Below, in pieces: positions 47,068 through 53,419 of a DNA stretch of 53,419 bases. Numbering within the stretch: the stretch's first letter is position 1; each line of letters opens with the position of its first letter. The notes below the pieces were generated by a model. It searched no databases. It was not told the DNA's origin and saw nothing but the letters and a program-made list of their open reading frames with translations. The stretch lies in sequence record SRR20825019_2071, one strand, 5' to 3'. A program made the translations under genes and the position numbers.

Positions 47068-48147
47068 ATGTTTCGATGGATAATTTTCTGCTCATTTCTT
47101 TATTCTTATGGCTGTTTTAGCCAAGCCAATTCTATAGTTACACTTCTCAATAGTTCGTTGAGCGAAACATCTGGATTGATTCATCTTAACAATCGTTTGA
47201 TCACCCATTTAGATTCTGGAGGAGGAGCAAAACTCTATGAAATCGATTCGGTTTCAGGAACGATTTCGAGAACAGTCACCGTTTTGCAAGCAACAAATGT
47301 TGATTGGGAAGATCTTTGTTTCGACGATAACTACATTTATATTGGCGATATAGGAAATAATGCAGGTACCCGAACCAATCTTGGTATTTACCGAATTTCT
47401 CGAGCGGATTATTTTTCAACTCCAAACGACACCGTAACAGCAGAATGGATTTCTTTCGCATACGAGGATCAAACGAGTTTTAACTCGGCTGTTTTTTCCA
47501 CAAATTTTGATGCGGAAGCATTTTTATCGCTTGGAGATAGTCTCTATATTTTCACGAAAAACTGGGGAAATGCCTACACCAATATTTATTCACTTCCAAA
47601 GGTTCCAGGAAGTTATTCTGCAAATCGAGTGGACAGCGTATTAATTGGAGCATGGATTACTGGCGCAACAGTGAATCCGATGATGGACACAATAGTATTA
47701 GTTGGCTACTCCATTCAAAGTTCATTTCTATTTAGAATCACCAATTTTGGAATGAATGATTTTTCGTCAGGAAATACCGAATACATAACGGTGCCCGTAA
47801 CGGAATCATATCAAACGGAATCGATAGCAGAAGATGGAGATCATTTTTTAATCACCGCTGAACAACACTCCAGTGGCTCCGCGGCGATGTATCGGGTAAA
47901 AATTAACTCTGGACTTGGACTGACGGCATTTTCACAAGATGAGTCTGCAATAGCTCCAAATCCGGCATCCACAGAATTGGTGTTTCCAGCGGGTGCAAAA
48001 TACATTCAATTGTTTGATGTAACTGGGGCGGTTGTACTTGAATCTGATGAATCAACAATTAATGTCACTGAGCTTCCACGCGGAATGTATCTGGTGAAAT
48101 ATTCTTTGCACAATGAACATCTTTCGGAACGAATAATACTTAAATAA
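47068..48147 (+). CDS. T9SS type-A CTD protein with a beta-propeller-like N-terminal domain
   Basis: ETSGL, DSG, DWED, YIGDIGNN.G.R, DAEA; IAPNPAS...GMYLV. Confidence 0.85.
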   Translation: MFRWIIFCSFLYSYGCFSQANSIVTLLNSSLSETSGLIHLNNRLITHLDSGGGAKLYEIDSVSGTISRTVTVLQATNVDWEDLCFDDNYIYIGDIGNNAGTRTNLGIYRISRADYFSTPNDTVTAEWISFAYEDQTSFNSAVFSTNFDAEAFLSLGDSLYIFTKNWGNAYTNIYSLPKVPGSYSANRVDSVLIGAWITGATVNPMMDTIVLVGYSIQSSFLFRITNFGMNDFSSGNTEYITVPVTESYQTESIAEDGDHFLITAEQHSSGSAAMYRVKINSGLGLTAFSQDESAIAPNPASTELVFPAGAKYIQLFDVTGAVVLESDESTINVTELPRGMYLVKYSLHNEHLSERIILK

Positions 48148-48245
48148 AGAGTGATAAACACGTAAAAACACGTGATTTAAGCATTGACATTTTTTTGCAT
48201 GGGCTTGATTCCCTATCTTTAGGCGGTTACTACTAAACTAAAAAT

Positions 48246-50561
48246 ATGAAAAAAACAGTACTTACGTCAATCGCCGTATTGGGCGCATTCTGTGCTACAA
48301 GCCAGATGAGACAAACAAATCAGCCGACTAGTTTAATCGACTATCAACCATATCAGGTACAAAGTCAAGAGGTGATTACACCTAATCCAGCTGGTCAAGA
48401 AGTTCGTCTTCAGAATAATTGGATCTCTTCTCAAAGAGCACCATGTATAGACACACTTTTGTACGAAGATTTCCAAACACAAGTGATTCCAGCTGCATGG
48501 GGAAACCTTGATTTAGACGGAGCAACAGATGCAAACGGACGTGCTGCCAACTGGTTTTCTTTCGTAGATCTTCAGACAACTGTTCCTGGTGACACAAACT
48601 GGGTAGCTGCCTCATCTTCTTGGTTCTCACCGGCAGGTACAGCGGCAAACTGGCTCATTTTAGACGCAGTGGCTCCATGTGCAACAACAGTTTTACAATG
48701 GAAATCAGCACCGTTTGAAGGTCCAACTTACATGGACGGTTACGAAGTTAGATTGTCGACAACTGGAACGAACATTGGTGATTTCACCACAACTTTGTTT
48801 ACAGCAGCTCAAGGAATCGGCGGAACGGCAACTCCAAGTGCGGGAACTGTTCACTCGTCTTATGTTGGAAACAATGGAGTGTTGCAGCAGTGGGAAGTAA
48901 ATCTAGGAGCATACGATAATCAAACAATTTATATCGCATTCTTCCATAACTCAAACGATGATAACCTCATTATGATTGATGATATTTTTATGGGAACACT
49001 TGTAGCCTATGATCTATCTTTAGAGTCAATTGGCACAGATCCTTATTTTTCAACACCATTGGCGCAAGTTACACCGCGTAGCTTTAACGCGGTACTTGGT
49101 TTAACAGGAGGTGCTGATGTTACTAATCCAACTTCCAATGTAGAAGTGTTTCAAGGAGCAACAAGTGTATTCACAGATGCATCATCAGCGGCGACGTTGA
49201 GTTCAGGAAACACGGTTTCTCTTACTTCAACGGTTGCTTATTTACCAGTTGCAGTTGATACATTTACGACAGTTTTCACGGCAAGCGCTTTAGAAACAGA
49301 CCCGAATTTGAATGACAATGTTGACACGTTAACTTTTGTTGTAAGCGATTCTGTTTATTCACGCAACGATGGAAATCTAACTGGAGCATTGAGCATCGGT
49401 GCAGGAAGTTCAGGAATACTTGGAAATCTGTTCGATGTAGTTGCTACAGGTGAAATTACGAGTATTACATTTACAGTAACGGCTCCAGCACTCGGAGATA
49501 CAATTGTTGGTGTAGTATATGATATGGTGGCAGGAGCGCCAAATCAAATCGTTGCTACAACAGATACGTTGTTTGTTACAAATATTGCTCAGGCTGAATA
49601 TACATTGCCAATTTTATCTGGAGGTGTAGTTCTCAACCCTGGAGCTTATGTTGTTGGAGTTCAAGAATCTCAGTCTGGAGCTGTTACGTTGGCAACAGAA
49701 ACGGATTATTTTCTTCCGAATACAGCATGGGTGTTCTTTAATGGAACATGGTCAACAGCGGAAACGTTTAACTTCTCGATTTCATACTTGGTAAATGCAA
49801 ACTTTAACAATGCTTGCTCGGATCCAGTAGCTGCATTTACGGGAATAGAAACAGGAACAACAGTTGATTTTACAGACAATTCAACAACGGGCGGATCTAC
49901 AGGATGGTTCTGGGACTTCGGAGATGGAAACACATCAACTCAGCAAAACCCATCACATACGTATGGAGCTGACGGATCTTACACAGTATGTTTAATTGTA
50001 ACAGATCTTTGTGGAGCGGATACCCTTTGTTCTGTAATTGATATTACGAGCTGTATTACACCAACAGCAGATTATACGTATGTGTTAAACGGATTATCGT
50101 CAGTTGATTTTACAAGTACGTCTACTACAAGCGGAACAACGACTTATTTATGGGATTTCGGAGATGGAAATACTGCAACTACGGCAACGGCATCTAATGA
50201 TTATTCGAATTCAGGACCTGGGACATATACTGTTTGTCTTACTGTTACTGATTCATGTGGAACAGATTCTACATGTACGGCTATCGTTGTGAATTGGGGA
50301 GGAATCGATGAGGTGAGTATTTTAGATCAAATCTCGGTTTATCCAGTTCCAACAACAAACGAACTAAACTTAGCAAAACTTCCAGCGGACATGAAATTGT
50401 CTTTTGAAATTGTAAACAGTTTGGGTCAAGTGATTTTAACACAGAATTCAAACGGAACTGCAGCGGCAAGTATTGATCTTTCAAGCGTTGCTTCTGGATA
50501 TTATCATTTGAGAATTTCAAGTGAAGAACTTATAAATACAAGAACAATTATTAAGAAATAG
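48246..50561 (+). CDS. Surface protein: cleaved-adhesin/choice-of-anchor J domain, two PKD domains, T9SS CTD
   Basis: NWLI, YEVRLSTTG, IYIAFFH...IDDI; WFWDFGDG and YLWDFGDG; VYPVPT...SGYY. Confidence 0.9.
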   Translation: MKKTVLTSIAVLGAFCATSQMRQTNQPTSLIDYQPYQVQSQEVITPNPAGQEVRLQNNWISSQRAPCIDTLLYEDFQTQVIPAAWGNLDLDGATDANGRAANWFSFVDLQTTVPGDTNWVAASSSWFSPAGTAANWLILDAVAPCATTVLQWKSAPFEGPTYMDGYEVRLSTTGTNIGDFTTTLFTAAQGIGGTATPSAGTVHSSYVGNNGVLQQWEVNLGAYDNQTIYIAFFHNSNDDNLIMIDDIFMGTLVAYDLSLESIGTDPYFSTPLAQVTPRSFNAVLGLTGGADVTNPTSNVEVFQGATSVFTDASSAATLSSGNTVSLTSTVAYLPVAVDTFTTVFTASALETDPNLNDNVDTLTFVVSDSVYSRNDGNLTGALSIGAGSSGILGNLFDVVATGEITSITFTVTAPALGDTIVGVVYDMVAGAPNQIVATTDTLFVTNIAQAEYTLPILSGGVVLNPGAYVVGVQESQSGAVTLATETDYFLPNTAWVFFNGTWSTAETFNFSISYLVNANFNNACSDPVAAFTGIETGTTVDFTDNSTTGGSTGWFWDFGDGNTSTQQNPSHTYGADGSYTVCLIVTDLCGADTLCSVIDITSCITPTADYTYVLNGLSSVDFTSTSTTSGTTTYLWDFGDGNTATTATASNDYSNSGPGTYTVCLTVTDSCGTDSTCTAIVVNWGGIDEVSILDQISVYPVPTTNELNLAKLPADMKLSFEIVNSLGQVILTQNSNGTAAASIDLSSVASGYYHLRISSEELINTRTIIKK

Positions 50562-50583
50562 CATAAAGATTACCCGTAAAACG

Positions 50584-50612
50584 AAAGGTGTTCCAATGGG
50601 ACACCTTTTTTT
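50584..50612 (+). terminator. Intrinsic terminator
   Basis: AAAGGTGTTCC-AAT-GGGACACCTTT plus T tract. Confidence 0.85.
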
Positions 50613-50741
50613 GTGACTGATTTCAGCACAATTTTTTGTAGTAAAGTGGGCAATAATCTATTTTGGCATATCGTTTGTATTCTACTGAGCAATACTGAAT
50701 AAACTCACACAAGAGCAAATTCGTTTTAAACAATAAAGACC

Positions 50742-51527
50742 ATGAAAAAATTACTTTACTTCTTTAGTTTAATTGGACTCATCGGAGTTACGACGAGTTC
50801 TACATCGATTACTTACCCAACAGTAACGAACAAATCCTTCAAGGAAGGAGAAAAATTGCGATACAGAGTTACATACGGCTTTGTAGATGCTGGCGAGGCA
50901 GTGCTTGAAGTTAAACCAACCTCTAAAACGGGCGGTGGAAGATCGTTGCACCATGTAGTTGCAACAGGAAAGACCTTGGCTGGATTCAATGCATTCTTCA
51001 AAGTACGCGACGTTTACGAAAGTTATATCGATCAAAAAGCCATGATGCCGTGGTTCTTCAACCGGGATGTTGATGAAGGTGGATACAAAATCAACCAGTA
51101 TTATACATTCAAGCAGAATGCAAACAAAGTGCATAACGGAACCAAAGACTTTGATTCAAAAATAGGCGTTCAAGATATGATCTCCTCATTTTACAAAGCG
51201 CGAACCTTGAATTTCGACGGGATGAAAAAAGGAAAAACGTTTTCTTTCCAATGTTTCATGGATGATGAATTCTACACTTTGAAAATCAAATACGTAGGTG
51301 ATGAAGAAATCAAAATCCGAAAAGGGAAATTCAAATGTCACAAGTTTGTTCCAGTTGTTCAAACAGGACGTTATTTCGAAAACGAAGAAGACGTACAATT
51401 TTGGGTAACAGCAGATGACAATAAAATCCCAGTGCTCGTGAAAGCAAAAATTCCAGTAGGACAAATTAAAATGCACCTTGTGGAATGGAGTGGATTGAAA
51501 AATGATTTATCAAGTAAAATAGACTAA
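50742..51527 (+). CDS. DUF3108 domain protein
   Basis: F..GEKL.YRV.YG...AG.A, FFKVRD.YES.ID, QDM.SS.Y, W.T.D.NKIP. Confidence 0.88.
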   Translation: MKKLLYFFSLIGLIGVTTSSTSITYPTVTNKSFKEGEKLRYRVTYGFVDAGEAVLEVKPTSKTGGGRSLHHVVATGKTLAGFNAFFKVRDVYESYIDQKAMMPWFFNRDVDEGGYKINQYYTFKQNANKVHNGTKDFDSKIGVQDMISSFYKARTLNFDGMKKGKTFSFQCFMDDEFYTLKIKYVGDEEIKIRKGKFKCHKFVPVVQTGRYFENEEDVQFWVTADDNKIPVLVKAKIPVGQIKMHLVEWSGLKNDLSSKID

Positions 51528-51543
51528 GCATAACAACAACCAG

Positions 51544-51570
51544 AAAAGACGGCCGAGGTCGTCTTTTTTT
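51544..51570 (+). terminator. Intrinsic terminator
   Basis: AAAAGACGGC-CGAG-GTCGTCTTTT plus T tract. Confidence 0.8.
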
Positions 51571-51586
51571 ATGTAAACCAAAGATT

Positions 51587-51946
51587 ATGAAAACATACTT
51601 CTTCATTTTTATGACGACCCTTTTGAGTTTTGGATCAACTGCACAAGTGGAAGTTGACGGAACTTCAATTAACGATTTAGATATTCAATACATTGAACTC
51701 ATCGGCAAAAATCAAACATTTGGCTTAAAGATGAACGTCTGGGTTGATTTTGGTCAGGAGCCAACGTTTAGATTACAGAACATTCAGAACGCAGATGGGA
51801 AGCCTCAAAAGTTCAATAGCATAATAGACGCATTAAATTTCATGGAGAAGAATGGCTGGGAATACGTTAATAATTATATCGTAGGAACGGGAGACACTCA
51901 AGAAAATAGATACCTCATGAGACGAAAAGCCGTCGCATCAGAGTAG
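51587..51946 (+). CDS. Hypothetical exported protein
   Basis: Signal peptide; VDFGQ and FNSIIDALNFMEKNGWE motif. Confidence 0.8.
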   Translation: MKTYFFIFMTTLLSFGSTAQVEVDGTSINDLDIQYIELIGKNQTFGLKMNVWVDFGQEPTFRLQNIQNADGKPQKFNSIIDALNFMEKNGWEYVNNYIVGTGDTQENRYLMRRKAVASE

Positions 51947-52033
51947 TTGTGCGATAAGGCGAATAATGCCTAAACATTTCTATCTTTAACGCTGCACTTT
52001 AAGTAAGGTGTGATGAAAAAGAACGTTCGCTAA

Positions 52034-53347
52034 ATGAAATTCAAATGGTCTCCGTCGCATAGTTCTATTGCGGTTATTATGCTCATAATGACCTTGGTTT
52101 CATCGAATCTAAATTGGGGGAAGGAATACTGGAAAGGAATCCTTGAGGCAGACGCAAAAGGATATTATGCCTACTTGCCAGCAGTATTTATCTATGATGA
52201 CTTAAATTTCTCTTTTTTTCATGAAATAGATGAAGTTAAGTACTACGATCAGAATTTATTCTATGATTACCGATCTGTTGCGGAAGGGAAAATAATCAAT
52301 AAATATTACTGCGGAACAGCAGTTGCAACAGCTCCGTTTTTTCTAGTTGCACATGGAATTACAAAGCTTACGGGAGGCGATGCTGACGGCTTTTCGAAAT
52401 TATATCCCATTTTTATTAATCTTGCCGCGCTCTTTTATTTACTCGCGGGATTGATTTATTTGCGTTTACTTCTCGGTCAATTTGAAATTAAGGAATGGCA
52501 CAAAGCAATTGTCTTAGTTGCCACCGTTTTTGGAACAAACTTATTCTATTACACGGTCGTTGAACCAGGTATGTCTCACATCTATTCGTTCACGTTTGTG
52601 ACCATGTTCTTCTATTATGCGAGACGTTACTTCTCTACGTTCAATCAAAAATACCTTGTCGTTTTAGGAATTGTAATAGGAATGATTATTCTCATTCGTC
52701 CAGTGAATGGATTGGTTATTTTTTCGCTGCCGTTCCTTGCTGGAAATTATAGCGTATTGAAAGAAGGAATTAGTGTTGCTCTGAAGAAATTTTGGCCTTT
52801 TGCAATCGGAAGTGTTGCAGCAGTGACGATCGTATTTATTCAGTTAATCATCTACAAACTATCTACAGGGAATTTCATCGTGTATTCCTATTCTGAAGAA
52901 GGATTTAACTTTCTTTCACCGCATATTTTAGACATTCTTTTCAGCTATCGAAAAGGATTGTTTTTGTACACTCCGTTGCTGCTCCTAGCGTGTTCGGGAT
53001 TGTATTTTGTATGGAAATCTTCGCGCTTTCAGTTTTTAGCATGGATACTTTTTTTCTTCCTCATTACCTACGTTTTTGCTTCTTGGTGGATGTGGTATTA
53101 CGGAGGGAGCTTCTCTTCTCGCGTGTATGTGGAATACATCTCGTTTTTTATGATTCTTCTCGCACTTGCATTAAAGGGAATTCAACATAAACTACGCTAC
53201 CGTTTGTTTGTTTCAACCATTATCGCGTTAATTGTTGTTTGCCAAATTCAAACATTTCAATACAGGTATTTTGAAATCCATTGGTCTGACATGACCAAAG
53301 AAAAGTATTGGGAGGTGTTTTTAAGAGTGGATAGATTGGTGAAGTAG
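52034..53347 (+). CDS. Polytopic membrane protein, probable GT-C fold glycosyltransferase
   Basis: DAKGYYAYLPA early loop, NKY..G.A, MSH.YSF, IRP.N, KGLF.YTP, W.YGGSFS.R; many TM segments. Confidence 0.72.
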   Translation: MKFKWSPSHSSIAVIMLIMTLVSSNLNWGKEYWKGILEADAKGYYAYLPAVFIYDDLNFSFFHEIDEVKYYDQNLFYDYRSVAEGKIINKYYCGTAVATAPFFLVAHGITKLTGGDADGFSKLYPIFINLAALFYLLAGLIYLRLLLGQFEIKEWHKAIVLVATVFGTNLFYYTVVEPGMSHIYSFTFVTMFFYYARRYFSTFNQKYLVVLGIVIGMIILIRPVNGLVIFSLPFLAGNYSVLKEGISVALKKFWPFAIGSVAAVTIVFIQLIIYKLSTGNFIVYSYSEEGFNFLSPHILDILFSYRKGLFLYTPLLLLACSGLYFVWKSSRFQFLAWILFFFLITYVFASWWMWYYGGSFSSRVYVEYISFFMILLALALKGIQHKLRYRLFVSTIIALIVVCQIQTFQYRYFEIHWSDMTKEKYWEVFLRVDRLVK

Positions 53348-53355
53348 ATTTGTCT

Positions 53356-53376
53356 GCACGGATAAAATATCCGCGC
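53356..53376. repeat. Third copy of the REP-like hairpin seen at 2641
   Basis: GCACGGATAAAATATCCGCGC versus GCACGGATAGAATATCCGCGC (20/21 identical), also just downstream of a stop codon. Confidence 0.8.
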
Positions 53377-53419
53377 GCACTGATAGTGCTTTCAACGCGC
53401 TGATTTATTCCTCCCTTGA

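Noticed and set aside
49900-50180. Repeated TGGGA(C/T)TTCGGAGATGGAAA DNA
   Set aside because: Explained by the WDFGDG motif of two PKD domains

Overview
A gene-dense, AT-rich stretch of core chromosome from a Bacteroidota bacterium, most likely Flavobacteriales/Crocinitomicaceae-like. This is inferred from TAnnTTTG -7 promoters, several T9SS C-terminal sorting domains and the acpP-fabF-rnc order. It carries a partial tRNA-Leu, housekeeping genes (hutI, purN, acpP, fabF, rnc, rluB-like, mce, leuS), an AddB-like nuclease, an AlgI/AlgJ-type O-acyltransferase pair, an OppA-TonB-dependent receptor pair, a TPR sensor kinase/LytTR two-component system and several T9SS cargo proteins. I found no CRISPR array, prophage, transposase or recognisable defence island. 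The most unusual signals are: (1) a palindromic REP-like element inserted in frame in the LeuRS editing domain; (2) a candidate ~285-nt structured sRNA behind the LytTR regulator, with LytTR-like boxes, a promoter and a terminator; (3) a second stand-alone small transcript with an ECF-like promoter and a 17-aa hydrophobic ORF; (4) an AAA+/DUF4143 protein with both catalytic centres degenerate, abutting the AddB-like gene; (5) a second dispersed REP-like family; (6) an iodotyrosine-deiodinase-like nitroreductase; and (7) repeated signatures of leaderless transcription. All family assignments come from motif recognition by eye; no database search was run.
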